A DNA stretch of 64,000 nucleotides from Eledone cirrhosa. Lineage: Eukaryota. A program made the position numbers and the translations under genes. The stretch is taken from NCBI GenBank assembly GCA_964016885.1, contig OZ024749.1:3472001-3536000 (forward strand). Direction: 5' to 3'. The notes beneath the pieces were generated by a model that was given only the letters and a program-made list of their open reading frames with translations, was not told the origin of the DNA and made no database searches. Shown here in pieces: positions 36,978 through 56,088 of the stretch (position 1 is the first letter of the stretch; each line of letters starts with the position of its first letter).

Positions 36978-37035
36978 ACTGCTATATATATATTTCGATG
37001 ATAGCCATTGATTGGCTATGACCTCATCAGGCAGT
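36978..37035 (-). ncRNA. Type I hammerhead ribozyme, PLE type with palindromic stem III
   Basis: actgc CTGATGA ggtcatagcc aatcaat ggctatcatc GAAA TATATATA TA gcagt, followed by AATAAA. Confidence 0.85.
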
Positions 37036-37343
37036 TAGTCAGTTCTTACATATGCTAGCTCTGTGTTTATGGTGTTGAATGTAACAGAGCCTTGGGACAT
37101 ATGAGCTTGTTAGGAATAATTTAATTTTGTGAGAAGGAATAGTCTTAATTCTCATTGGTCAGTTTGTAGATGCTAGTAGGGTCGGTATTTGACCTCAAAG
37201 AGGCTGGTGGTGTTGTAAAGTTCAAACCGTTAGGCAAGATCACAATAGTTCCATATGGCTGATTTTCACAAAAAGCATTCCTGGTCAGATATATATTCAA
37301 TTGAGGTTTATAGTATGAAATTCGATACTGCAGGTCATTCTAA

Positions 37344-37620
37344 AATTGAGCAATTTACGTGGTGTGGTACTACTGAAAATTATGGTTAGAGTAGAATATT
37401 AGAACATTTATATTTAAAAAGACTTATGTTGGTTGACTTGCACATACACTCACACCCACCGACCCCACATCCACACACACATCCACACATACAAATTGAG
37501 GAATTAATGTGGGGTGGTAATACTGAAAAGTATGGTTAGAGTCAAATATTTAGAAAGTTTATAAATTTTAGAAATAAAAAGACTTATGTTGGTTGACTTG
37601 TACATACACTCACACCTACC
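37344..37620. repeat. Diverged two-copy direct repeat (~150 bp period)
   Basis: aattgag...tactgaaaa.tatggttagagt...aaaagacttatgttggttgacttg.acatacactcacacc occurs twice. Confidence 0.8.
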
Positions 37621-38325
37621 CCCTCAGATGCACACACACATCTACACATACAAATCCATACAGGTGTGTATATATATATGTACGCACAAGTGCATATATA
37701 TATACAATAGAGGCCCCCAAATCCCAGTATGTGGCAGGCATAAAAGTAGGTGGGGGTTATTTTTAAAGAAAAGTAAAGTGGGTGTTTGGAAAAGTTATTG
37801 TTTAGACTAGAAAAAAGTAGAGTTTGATATATATCTTCACAGCAATATCTTGGGTGCTTTGGAGCTTAGGCGAATTCCTTAGTAGAGACATATATCCCCA
37901 CCCACACTTCTATACCTCAATGTGCACACATACAAGAGAGCATATACAAATATACTCTTAAGCATACACTCGAACATTTTTCAAATGCAACCTGGGGTAT
38001 TATTATTTCGTTGCGTTTACAGAGCGTGTACATTCACGTAATCCCAGTATACACACACAATGCATGGTTGCGAGCACTCATTCATGCGTATAGGGTTACT
38101 ACCTTGGCATAATTGTTCTTCCTGTGTGGGCCACTCCCGAGCGGGGGTTTCCTCAGGTTCAATAAACGTGGTTTTGTTGACTCCTAACCAGTAGATGATC
38201 CGGTGGACAATCCACCGTAGGGACCACAAACTATGGGAGGTTGTTGTTGTCCATTGGTCATTGGTACGGGGTGTAGGGGACCTACATGGGGGGGAGGGGG
38301 CGTTGTGGGAGGCCTTAACCGGGGT

Positions 38326-39570
38326 TTATCCATATAGCTTGAGGAAAGCTTCCGTCCTTAAGTGTCTGCAGGCGCCGAATAAGTCGGCCCTTCTGTTTAA
38401 TAGCTTGGTTCCGTAGTGAAGTATCTCGAGTGTCTCACTAAGACAGAGGTTGCAAATATCAGACCCGTCTCTGTCTGGGGGAACCTTTCTAACTACGAAC
38501 CAGACCAGAGAGTGCGGGGTCTATTCAAGTTTGAGCTTCCAGATCATTTCGGAAAGGGCCGTACATTTCGTCTGTTCTATTCTGTTAAACGAATGGCGAT
38601 GGTTATACCACCTATTTGAATCTCTTTGCCCTGGATCCTATGTAGTGGTGCCCCGAGTTAGGGGTTGTGACCTTGCACTTGTAGACTACGTTTTTCGTCA
38701 TGATTCATTACTAAGGGGGCATAGTGATGGATCTCTGCAATTGCATGAATTCGTAAGCCCCAGCACATGTACCGCGTGGTTACCATCACTCTGGGTTGGC
38801 TGGGTAGACGCTGCAATCAGCACATGGTCGTTGGGTTCCGGTGTGCTATTTGGGCCTGTCCGGGGTCTGGTGTGTCCCACGTGCTGTTTCCATTGTGTGG
38901 CTCCGGTGTTTACGGTGGTATTAGAGGCAGTGACCCTTATTCCTATTTATGCCGGCTATGTGCTGGACTACGGAGCGTGTGGTTCAGTAGGAAATTTTCA
39001 CCGTGTGCCTGTTGAATATTTTATGGTACTTGGGGGCCCTAGGAAAACATTTATCCAATACTCTAAATAATGTTCTAGCCAGGCTGCTACGTAGACCCAC
39101 CGAGTACGGGGAGTTATACCATGTGACCTTCCTGGTCCTATTCTTGCGGGGCTGTTGGGTGTCCGCCGTGGTCCATCACGGGGTTGTGCACAGCTCAAGT
39201 CGAGCTCGGTTGGTCTCACTCAGGTGTGCAGATGGCCAGTATCCTGAGGGTTATATGGGCCCACCGTGGGGCTATAAACCTGCGCGGTTCGGCCTCCCTG
39301 CTCAATTAGGGTTCGGCTGGTGGTGGAGCCGGTGCAAGGGTGCCTCTGCTCCGCACCGCAGTGATCTTCAGCGTTGTAGGTATTAGACCGGTGGGGTATG
39401 CGGGACCTTCTACCGGGGATGGTGACGTATAGGGATATGGGAGTGTTATTACTGGTCACCGAGGTATTAGGCGACTCATGCCCCTGAGGGTACTGGTTCG
39501 GGTTAACCTTGGGTCAGCCCGATCATGTCCCTTAGTGTTATAGCTGATCCCATAGCTGTGGGACGTCTTA
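38326..39570 (-). pseudogene. Decayed Naiad-type PLE (RT thumb/linker + GIY-YIG)
   Basis: KNRTRKVTWYNSPYS...KIFNRHTVKISY; CNCRDPSLCPL; NVVYKC..YIG; TALSE.IWKLK; CNLC..E; CRH; frameshifts and stops present. Confidence 0.85.
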
Positions 39571-39637
39571 GCTAGCGCTGAGTTATAATAATCAGCATTA
39601 TATTGAAGATCTCTTTACTGGCAGACAAATTAGAGAT

Positions 39638-39715
39638 CCTGGTTAGGTTGTTATTTCTATGAGGAACTGGAATCATATGATTCCAGTTCCTCAGTGAAAT
39701 AACAACCCAAGCAGG
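39638..39715. repeat. Hairpin with perfect 34-bp palindromic core (39660-39693)
   Basis: tgaggaactggaatcat|atgattccagttcctca plus imperfect outer arms. Confidence 0.9.
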
Positions 39716-39791
39716 AACTGGGCATATCCGAGTATTGACAAAGTTAAACACCTCAAGGACATGTGAACTCGTCTCTACCAAACTAATTCGA

Positions 39792-39848
39792 ACTGCCTGA
39801 AGAGGTCACAGCGCCAAAGATGGCACTCACCGAAATATATATTGCAGT
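39792..39848 (+). ncRNA. Type I hammerhead ribozyme, related to 36978-37035
   Basis: actgc CTGAAGA ggtcacagcgcc aaagat ggcactcacc GAAA TATATA TT gcagt AATAAA; stem II is partly decayed. Confidence 0.78.
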
Positions 39849-39929
39849 AATAAACGAAGCCACATTTCAAATATTAGACTTATTTATTGTAGTTTAGTTT
39901 CTATATAAATACATATCTATATATTTACA

Positions 39930-40049
<120 letters not shown>

Positions 40050-41584
40050 ATTAAATAAATGGAAACTATATTTATAAAACCATATTTATTTCATTATATA
40101 TATTTCAGGGATAACATATTAACAATATGCTATGCCTTCCTCAGACAAAATACAATATAAACAGTTTTATAGATAAATAGATAAATAGATTCGACATCTA
40201 CTTGCATTTGAGAAGGTTGATTTGGTTGTGACAAAATTGTACACAGAGAGAAACAAAGAGAGAGAGAAAGAGAGAAAAAGAGAGAAAAAAAGGAAAGAAA
40301 GACAGAAAACGAAGAAAAAGAAAAAGAAGAAATGCATGGAACAAAATAGAGAGATGGAAAGATAGATAAAGAGAAGAACTTCATGTAAAGAAACAGAAAG
40401 AGATATATATATATATAGAGAGAGGAAATAGAGATAGATACATATATAGAAAGCTAGGTAGTGGAACGACTGTTGAATAACGTATCAATGATACATTTAT
40501 TTGTTTATTTATTTATTTAGCTCTAGTATTAATGTAAGGGAGATATATGGAGGGAAAACCAGCTGTTAAATAGGGAGAGAAAAAATATAGAGAGAGAAAA
40601 AAGAGAGAGAGAAAATTCAAAAACATCCAGACACAAGCGAGGCGTACAAACCTCTGTTTTAATGTAGAGGTATTAGTAATTACAAAACCAGCCTCTGCAT
40701 TGTAAATATCAGTATTCCTGAATGAGATATGTATCCATAATGTGTGAAAATTAATGATCTTATGTTTAGTTTTTTAAAAAATTCATATGTTTATGTGATA
40801 ATTACAAACATCTATGTGAATGTACATGATCAATTCTGCAAACCCTAAGTTCACGGAAAGTATTCTCAATGCGGTATAAAAATTTAAGTATACATATATG
40901 TGTATATAGAGTCAATATTACTATTTCTGTCTCTACTCTACAAGATTATCTATCAAGCAAAGATAGAGCAGATTTCAATATACTAATAAAAATAAAAATA
41001 AAAATAAAAATAAAAAATAAAAATATATCGGAAACAAAACTAAACTAAAATAACAATAATAATAATAAGTAATAATAAAATAGAAAACTAAGAAATATTA
41101 CGAAAGAGTATTACATATTAAAAATATTACATATTAAAAAAAAATTACATATTAAAAAAAAATTTACATATTAAAAATATTAAAAATATAAAAAATAAAA
41201 AATTAGGAAATACTACAGTAATAAAAATAAAATAAACCACAAAGATCAACCCTTCAAAATTAATTGACAATATATTGCCAAGTTCATTATAAACATCAGA
41301 GTCGAAAAACAGATAAAGCCAAAAATTATCTATCAAATCGCATCTAGCAAAGATCATTTCAAAAAGTATAGGATGCCCAATTTGGTCTACATGTGTTCTT
41401 ATATTTAATATAGAAGTTTATCTAGTGTAACGTTTATTCGAAATATTTGGAGCATCAACTTTTAGGATAGTTTAATTTTTCATGAAGAATGTTTAAATAA
41501 ATAAAATAAAAATAAAAAGAGTAAAAACAGAATCAAAGATTTATCGGCTAGTTTCCCATATAATTATAAATCAAACTAAATATA

Positions 41585-43519
41585 CTACATTTTAAATTTA
41601 AATTTATATTTAAACGTTGAGTTTAATCTATGTTTGCAACAACTGAATAAATTTGTTCGTAGATTAAGGGAATTTTTAGATTTTAGCATAAAGAATATCT
41701 CCTCTGCGCAGAGGTCACATGTCTCAGAGGATGAATTAAAAGGAATCCCTCTTGAGACTATATTCCAAGCCGTCGAATATCTAACGTTATCTAGCTTAAG
41801 TTGCCATAGTACGCCTGATAGTGCCGTTGAAGATTTTTTACTTGGATCTGTGAAAGAATTCTTGTGGTTATTATAGCGAAGTTTAAATTCCGTCGATGTG
41901 GAACCGACGTAGTTAAAAGAATTAGAGTCAGTATTAACATTACAATTGTATACTATATTTTTAACTAAGCAGTTGTTATTTAACGGACATTTAGATCTAT
42001 CTCTACAGTTACATTTGTTAACTTGTATATTATTTATGCTGTTATCACTAGGTTTTAAGTTCCTATTATTTATTCTATTGATATTTTGTGCTAAATTTTT
42101 GGTGGATGAGTAGGTTAATTTAATTGTATGTCTATTGAAAATTGAGTGATATCTATGTGTTCTAGGGAAGCGATTATCAAGAGCTTTAAAAAATAGTTTA
42201 GCGATGTGGGTTTTAATGTTTAGTGAGAAAGGGGGGGCAAACCAAATTATGTTCCTAGTTCTATTTCTTTTTTGGCCTTTGGAATTATTGTAATGCTTTC
42301 TATTATAGTTGTTAAGGATGTTGCCGTAATTAAAAAAGTTGTTACTTTGTTTAGTTTGTCTATCATTATCTATGTACACAATCTTATCAGCATATCCTGC
42401 TCTAGCTAATGCTTCATTGTAGTATTGGGCTTTTTCGTCGAAAATCTTTCTATTCGACGAGATCCTAGAGATACGTTTTGGGACAGAGTTTACTATAGTG
42501 TTTTTGACAGTTCTGGGGTGGTTAGAGTTAAAGTTTACATAGTTTAAGTTTTCATTCAACTTGTGAAAAGGATAGTGAAGACATGTGTTGAGATTTAATG
42601 TTATATCTAGGAAATTGACTATTCTATGGTTGTTTTCAATTTCTATTTTAAGATTAAAGTAATTAAAAAATTGTGTAATTTGTTTACATTTTCTATTTAG
42701 TTCAGAGGTATTATTATCAATAAGTAAAAGCATGTCGTCTCTATATAAACCTCCGGTAGTACCGGGTATTTTCCTATGTAGCGAATTGATTAAAAATAAA
42801 CCCACAAGGTCAGTTACCTGGGCTGAGTCGGATGATCCCATAGTAATGTCAAAATTGCTATCTCTATCTGCTCAGGTCCATAGTTGGTCATTAAATTCTA
42901 TCAAAGTTTTCCTAGCCGATAATATAATATGCATTTCATTGCTAGTTAGGTCAGTATGTTTGAATGCGTAATTTAGTGCCTTATTTAGTAGATTAGGGGT
43001 AATAGAAGAATAATAGTTAGCTATATCAAGTTGAATAAACTTATTATTATTGTTATATTTAATTTGCTTAAACCACTCAACGACTTCTCCAGTTCCCTTC
43101 CACAAGCTCAGGTTAGATAAACAATCCAAGTTCTTAATTTGCCGTATCACCCTGTCAAGAATGTTTTTGCTTAATTTGCCCAGGTCCGATTTTGATGGTG
43201 CGATCAATCTAACTGGCAGGTCATTTTCAAAATTCCGCTTGTGATCTTTCATATTGATCTTCGGTTTCCTGGGCACGAAAGGTTGTGTTCTCTTCTCAAT
43301 TTCCAACTCGTGCATTATACAAGATGCTTCAACATTCATTTTTTCAAGCTCGGCCTTATCTGCTACCTTGTACTTTTTCCTCAGCTCTTTCAGTATGAGG
43401 CCATTATACATGTCTTTCTGCACTCCATAGAGGTTGTTGGTCTTGTCAGATTTCACCAAGATCTTCTCAGTTTTCTCTAAGCTCTCAATGTTATCCTTAA
43501 TTTGTCGAGTGCTTTTATA
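41585..43519 (-). mobile_element. Naiad-type Penelope-like retroelement ORF (RT + GIY-YIG), 5'-truncated, one in-frame TGA
   Basis: KSDKT, DIANYYSSI, FDITMGS, LYRDD, NFLDITL, SNHP; CNCR..CPL..CL..NIVY..YVG; CDLC..E, CKH. The two annotated ORFs are in one frame, separated by TGA at 42872-42874. Confidence 0.93.
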
Positions 43520-43569
43520 TCAGTTATAAATATTTACTAGTTGTAACACAACAATTTAAATATAACTTT

Positions 43570-44511
<942 letters not shown>

Positions 44512-44708
44512 GTAGATAAATCTACCAAGAGTTTACGTTAGTGTCCAATCCGTATGAAGAACTCAATGTATTCCGGATATCATGGAAAGAAGAGATGTAA
44601 TGAAAAATCACTTTCGGTGAAAGATAAACGGTATACAGAGTCAAGATAAAATATTAAACAAATAATGAATAAAACAATGAAACAGTTCCTTATATTAAAC
44701 AAAAAAAG

Positions 44709-44863
44709 TTCATTATTTAACGATCGTTTCTAGGATATATATGTGTTAGAATTGGCATGCATATTCAACAGATCTATGTACAAAATTATACAAAATTATA
44801 CAAACTATCAAGATTAAATATACATACCAAACACACATATACGCCGTCTTCAGAAATAATGAA
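44709..44863 (-). ncRNA. Type I hammerhead with 116-nt stem II (left-arm copy)
   Basis: Reverse complement of 54207-54361. Confidence 0.7.
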
Positions 44864-45485
44864 ATATATTTATTGATAATAACAACAATTCAAAATTTCA
44901 GGTCCGTTTGGGAACAAAATTGACCAATGAAAATACAAAAGGTTTTATGCAGTTTGGCGTGTGTATATACATGTAACTACCCCGTACACATATTTATACA
45001 AAGATGTATGCTCAACATGCATACGCATGCCAAAAAGATGCATGCAAATACAAAATTTCAAGGTTAATGTCTCTGTAAGTTTATAATGCACAGATAAGAT
45101 GCGTATAGACACATAAATATGAAATAAGTGTATACACATATTCTCATACTCACACATATCCGTACACTCACACACACGCGCGCGTATATGCATAAACATA
45201 CACATAATTACGAACATACATACACACACACACCCCCACACACATATATATATGTGGATATAATATTATCATAAGCACATGGATATTAATTCACTCACAT
45301 AAACACTGCCACACACATTTAGATCAAGATACAGAAATTAGGTGGGAGGGGGGGAGAGGTCAGTATTCAACGGTTTGGGCAGACTGCTTATTTATAGATG
45401 TATCTATAAACTAAGAAATAAAAAATAAAAATTAAAAAGGAAAGAAAAGAAAAAGAAAAAAGAAAAAAGAAATATATCAAGAAAA

Positions 45486-45547
<62 letters not shown>

Positions 45548-45637
45548 CACACATCTACACTTAGAACACACATACACACACATATATATAAACATATACA
45601 TATACACACATACACACATATACACACATACATATAA

Positions 45638-45670
<33 letters not shown>

Positions 45671-46189
45671 TACACATATAATCACACATACATATATAGA
45701 CACACATATATATACACATACACGCACATATACATACACATACATACTTATATACATACAGATATACACATACATACCTATATATACACACAAATACATA
45801 CAGACATACATACATACATACACACAAATACTTACGCATCCATATATCGGTATATAGATACAAACACCACTACACTCTCACACAACTCAGACATACAAAG
45901 AAAAAGGTATATACCTATACACATATACACATACAAATAGAGATACATATACATATATATATATATATACACATATATATATATATATATATACACATAC
46001 ACATATACACACATATATATACATACACATACATACATGTACTCACACATACATATACATACATACACACATACACACATACATATATAGTCATACACAC
46101 ACATACACCTACACGAACATACACATACACATATATAAAGATATATATACACACACACACATACACACACACACATATATATAAAATAA

Positions 46190-46244
<55 letters not shown>

Positions 46245-46339
46245 CACATATACATAGACATATATGTACATACATACACATACATACATACATATACACA
46301 CATATATATATATATATATACACACATAGACACATACAT

Positions 46340-49630
<3,291 letters not shown>

Positions 49631-50082
49631 CATACACATACATATACATACATACATATACATATTTTTTCAAAAATTGCAAAGAATATATTAACTAGGT
49701 ATACATCCAAAACACATCCCATTCTATGATTACATGACACTCTGCAATCCGTCTGTATAAGGATACTAATTTTAAGCCAATTAAATTAAATTTTTAGGTT
49801 GACTAAATTTAAAACCAAATTATAAATATATTTCTAAAATGTATATTAATTAGGTCTATAATACTAAAAATTATTTCTCTGTCATTGGATACACGATATT
49901 TTGTTATATTTTATCTGTAAAGGAATTTTAATAAAAGGTTTAAATAAATTAAAATTAATCTATAAATTAAATTACTAAGTATATATTAGTAATATTTAAA
50001 GGTTTTTCACAATTTATGATTACACAATATTTTATATTCTCATCTGTAGTAGAATTTTAATTAAATTAAATTTATAGGTTAA

Positions 50083-50605
50083 GTGCCTATAATGCATATA
50101 AATGTAAGAAAACCATAAGTATACCACCAGTACATCAAATTAACCATAATATCTCCTCAAATACAGAATTAACGAAAGGTTGTAACTGTAGAAACAAAAC
50201 AAACTGCCCATTAAAAGGGAATTGTCTTGTTAACAACAGTCTATAAATGTAATGTTAAAACTAAAGATTCTATTTGCTCATATATAGGAGCTACCTCTAA
50301 CAATTTTAAGACAAGGTTTAATACCCACAAGAATAGTTTTAAAAATGCCGCACTGGCTAATACAACATCTCTAGCAGAAAAAAATCAATAGTTATAAAAA
50401 TAAGAATATAGAATATGATTTGACCTGGAGTGTGCTCAAAAGAGCCACCCCTTATCAAAATAATAGAAATGAATGTAGATTATGTTCCCAAGAACTATTT
50501 GAAATAATGAAATCTAAGGATATCCTATTAAATAAACGACAGGAATTAATTATATCGTGTAATCATAAACTAAAAAAAACATTTAAATATTATAAACCTA
50601 ATTAA
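50083..50605 (+). pseudogene. Naiad-type PLE GIY-YIG C-terminus (frameshifted) in the inverted-repeat spacer
   Basis: CNCRNKTNCPLKGNCL / YKCNV..SYIGATSNNFKTRFNTHKNSF / WSVLKRA.PY..CRLCSQE..LLNKRQEL..SCNH. Confidence 0.88.
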
Positions 50606-51097
50606 TAACATTATTTTAGAAATTAATTTAATTTAAATGTTTGTTAACCTATAAATTTAATTTAATTAAAATTCTACTACAGATGAGAATATAAAATATT
50701 GTGTAATCATAAATTGTGAAAAACCTTTAAATATTACTAATATATACTTAGTAATTTAATTTATAGATTAATTTTAATTTATTTAAACCTTTTATTAAAA
50801 TTCCTTTACAGATAAAATATAACAAAATATCGTGTATCCAATGACAGAGAAATAATTTTTAGTATTATAGACCTAATTAATATACATTTTAGAAATATAT
50901 TTATAATTTGGTTTTAAATTTAGTCAACCTAAAAATTTAATTTAATTGGCTTAAAATTAGTATCCTTATACAGACGGATTGCAGAGTGTCATGTAATCAT
51001 AGAATGGGATGTGTTTTGGATGTATACCTAGTTAATATATTCTTTGCAATTTTTGAAAAAATATGTATATGTATGTATGTATATGTATGTGTATGTA

Positions 51098-51182
<85 letters not shown>

Positions 51183-51974
51183 ATGTATATGTATATGTAT
51201 ATGTATTAATTTTGATTTCTATTTGCATATAATTATATTCTGCTATTGATAAAATACAATATCTGTTTTATTTATTATATACCTAATTAACATATACTAT
51301 AGAAATTAATATATAATTTTTAATTTAGTTAACCTATAATTTATATTCTACTACCGATGTAATACTTTATTTGTTTTTTCCCTATTACTAAATTCATTTC
51401 CTAATATTGATACCATAACGTTAATAACTTTAATTTAGTTATACTATAATTAATACTCTACTACTATTTAACTTCAAAATTCTGCTTCAAATATTATAAA
51501 CCTAACTAATTTACACCTTAGAAATCAATATGTTAACTATCTTTAGTTTAGGTAACATATAATTAATGGTATACTTATTTTGAAATGCATAATTTTGCCT
51601 TATTTCTTGTATTTCCTAACACTGAAACTATGTAAAAACATATATTGGGATCCAGATACAGATAATATTCTATGTTTCTTGAAACATATATTTACTATAA
51701 TCCCCTTCCCCCCCCCCCCCCCTTTCCCCCATACTATTATCATCTGTGTTTGTAAGCGTGTATGTATGAATATATATGTAGGTAGGTGTATATATGTTTG
51801 GGTATTTATATCTGAATATAAAAATACATATATGCGCATGCAAATAAGAATGTAAGATTGTGTGTATATATGTGTGTGTATATATATATATATGTGTATA
51901 TATGCATGCGTATATATATGTGTATATGTATATATATATATATGTGTATATGTGTATATGTGTGTGGGCGTGTA

Positions 51975-52005
<31 letters not shown>

Positions 52006-52193
52006 GTGTGTATGTATGTGTATATATATATGTGTATATATATATGTGTATATATATGTATGTCTCTCTATATATATGTCTATCTTCGTATCTATGTGGC
52101 TATATGTGTGTATGTACATGTATGCACATGTATATGTTTATGTGTATATGTGTGTATGTGTATATATGTACGTGTGCGCACATATATATGTGA

Positions 52194-52227
<34 letters not shown>

Positions 52228-52260
52228 GTATATCTATGTGTGTATATATGTCTATATTCG

Positions 52261-52291
<31 letters not shown>

Positions 52292-52834
52292 TATTTATTA
52301 TTATAATATAACTTATGTGTATGTGTGTATATGTGAGGGTGTGTATATGTATATATATGTATATATATGTGTAAAAATATATATGTGTATGTGTGTTTTT
52401 TTTGTGTGTGTGTGTATATATATGTATGTATATATGTGTGTATGTGTGTGTTTGTATGTGTGTTTATGGTTGTATGTGTGTGTGGGTGTATATATATAAA
52501 TGTATGTGTATATATATATATATATGTGTATATGTATCTCTATTAATGTGTGTATATATGTATATGTATATACCTTTTTCTTTGTATGTCTGAGTTGTGT
52601 GAGAGTGTAGTGGTGTTTGTATGTATATACGCATATATGGATGCGTATGTATTTGTATATATGAGTATATGTAAGTGCGTATGTATGTATGAATATATTT
52701 CTATGTCTATGTATGAGTATATATGTGTGTTGTGTGTGTATTTATGTATGTGTCTATGTGTGTATATATATATATATGTGTGTATATGTATGTATGTATG
52801 TGTATGTATGTACATATATGTCTATGTATATGTG

Positions 52835-52883
<49 letters not shown>

Positions 52884-53391
52884 TTATTTTATATATATGT
52901 GTGTGTGTGTATGTGTGTGTGTGTATATATATCTTTATATATGTGTATGTGTATGTTCGTGTAGGTGTATGTGTGTGTATGACTATATATGTATGTGTGT
53001 ATGTGTGTATGTATGTATATGTATGTGTGAGTACATGTATGTATGTGTATGTATATATATGTGTGTATATGTGTATGTGTATATATATATATATATATGT
53101 GTATTATATATATATATGTATATGTATCTCTATTTGTATGTGTATAGGTATATACCTTTTTCTTTGTATGTCTGAGTTGTGTGAGAGTGTAGTGGTGTTT
53201 GTATCTATATACCGATATATGGATGCGTAAGTATTTGTGTGTATGTATGTATGTATGTCTGTATGTATTTGTGTGTATATATAGGTATGTATGTGTATAT
53301 CTGTATGTATATAAGTATGTATGTGTATGTATATGTGCGTGTATGTGTATATATATGTGTGTCTATATATGTATGTGTGATTATATGTGTA

Positions 53392-53436
<45 letters not shown>

Positions 53437-53526
53437 GTATGTGTGTATATGTGTGTATGTGTGTATATGTATATGTTTATATATATGTGTGTGTATGTGT
53501 GTTCTAAGTGTAGATGTGTGTATATG

Positions 53527-53585
<59 letters not shown>

Positions 53586-54206
53586 TTTCTTGATATATTT
53601 CTTTTTTCTTTTTTCTTTTTCTTTTCTTTCCTTTTTAATTTTTATTTTTTATTTCTTAGTTTATAGATACATCTATAAATAAGCAGTCTGCCCAAACCGT
53701 TGAATACTGACCTCTCCCCCCCTCCCACCTAATTTCTGTATCTTGATCTAAATGTGTGTGGCAGTGTTTATGTGAGTGAATTAATATCCATGTGCTTATG
53801 ATAATATTATATCCACATATATATATGTGTGTGGGGGTGTGTGTGTGTATGTATGTTCGTAATTATGTGTATGTTTATGCATATACGCGCGCGTGTGTGT
53901 GAGTGTACGGATATGTGTGAGTATGAGAATATGTGTATACACTTATTTCATATTTATGTGTCTATACGCATCGTATCTGTGCATTATAAACTTACAGAGA
54001 CATTAACCTTGAAATTTTGTATTTGCATGCATCTTTTTGGCATGCGTATGCATGTTGAGCATACATCTTTGTATAAATATGTGTACGGGGTAGTTACATG
54101 TATATACACACGCCAAACTGCATAAAACCTTTTGTATTTTCATTGGTCAATTTTGTTCCCAACCGGACCTGAAATTTTGAATTGTTGTTATTATCAATAA
54201 ATATAT

Positions 54207-54361
54207 TTCATTATTTCTGAAGACGGCGTATATGTGTGTTTGGTATGTATATTTAATCTTGATAGTTTGTATAATTTTGTATAATTTTGTACATAGATCT
54301 GTTGAATATGCATGCCAATTCTAACACATATATATCCTAGAAACGATCGTTAAATAATGAA
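54207..54361 (+). ncRNA. Type I hammerhead with 116-nt stem II, GUU triplet
   Basis: ttcattattt CTGAAGA [54224-54339] GAAAC GATC GTT aaataatgaa; perfect 10-bp stem I. Confidence 0.72.
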
Positions 54362-54415
54362 CTTTTTTTGTTTAATATAAGGAACTGTTTCATTGTTTTA
54401 TTCATTATTTGTTTA

Positions 54416-54447
<32 letters not shown>

Positions 54448-54493
54448 AATGTATATATATATATATAAATGTATATATACATATATAAATGTG

Positions 54494-54582
<89 letters not shown>

Positions 54583-54772
54583 GCACATAAATATATATAT
54601 ATAGAGAGAGAAATGGCTTCTACAGAACGAGAACTGTTTCATTCGAAGTAAATCATTTCTAAATTAATTATTCTATATACTTCTCTATACATTGTGCACC
54701 TTGCTTACTGTGGTTTCCACCGATTGAACACGGCACACACCCACACACACACACACAACCCCATCCACACAC

Positions 54773-54809
<37 letters not shown>

Positions 54810-54987
54810 TATATGTTTATCCCGGTTTTCAATCGGGGGTAACCACAGTAAGTAATTTACACAATACAAAGCAGAGTATAAATATTTAATATAGAAAAAC
54901 ACCTAGAGGACTAAAACTGTTTCATTCGTGAGAAATCATCAGGAAATCTTCACTTTCTATATTAAATATATATATATATATATATAC

Positions 54988-55018
<31 letters not shown>

Positions 55019-55019
55019 C

Positions 55020-55063
<44 letters not shown>

Positions 55064-55415
55064 CAACTATACTTTTCTCATTGGCAATATGGTGAGGTGG
55101 CTGAAGAATATTCATTATTCATCAGGAATTTATCAATTATGAGAGATTCTTCATTCTCTATTCGTAATATGATTGGTCTTCGTAATATGGGAATAGCGGC
55201 GACTTATAATTAAATGCAACGTCGATATAGAGACTAACATGGTAACATTTAAAGAATACTGGTGTCGAAATTTAATGCTTATCATATTTAGCCATTTCTT
55301 TAAATTCTTCAACATTTTATATTCCATTCAGAGCTGACAGAAAAATTTGCATCCGGTATTGTTCTGTAACTTATCTTCATCATATCTTCCTGCTAACAGA
55401 CATCAAGTATATGTT

Positions 55416-55478
<63 letters not shown>

Positions 55479-55540
55479 CTGTGTGTTTTATAAATAAATA
55501 AATAAATATATATATATATACACACACACACACATATATA

Positions 55541-55591
<51 letters not shown>

Positions 55592-55779
55592 CATATATAT
55601 ATATTTATATATATATACATACATATATATATATACATACATATACTGTATTGTATATATATATATACATACATATACTGTATTATATATATATACATAC
55701 ATACATATACTGTATTATATATATATACATACATACATATACTGTATTATATATATATACATACATACATATACTGTAT

Positions 55780-55825
<46 letters not shown>

Positions 55826-55831
55826 TATGTT

Positions 55832-55862
<31 letters not shown>

Positions 55863-55881
55863 ATATATATAAATATATGTT

Positions 55882-55952
<71 letters not shown>

Positions 55953-56003
55953 ATATACATATATATATATATGTTTATATATGTTTTATATATTTATATA
56001 TAT

Positions 56004-56088
<85 letters not shown>

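Noticed and set aside
38978-38995. In-frame TGA in the decayed Naiad (ISY*TT) as selenocysteine
   Set aside because: The element has several frameshifts and TAG stops, so the codon is uninformative.
54255-54305. SECIS-like TGA..AA..GA inside the long stem II
   Set aside because: The base before UGA is not a purine, the spacing fits only because of a 10-nt duplication, and it is too short in the 35 kb copy.
54882-54968. CTGATGA...GAAAC...GTC on the minus strand within a short inverted repeat
   Set aside because: No stem I can form next to the core.
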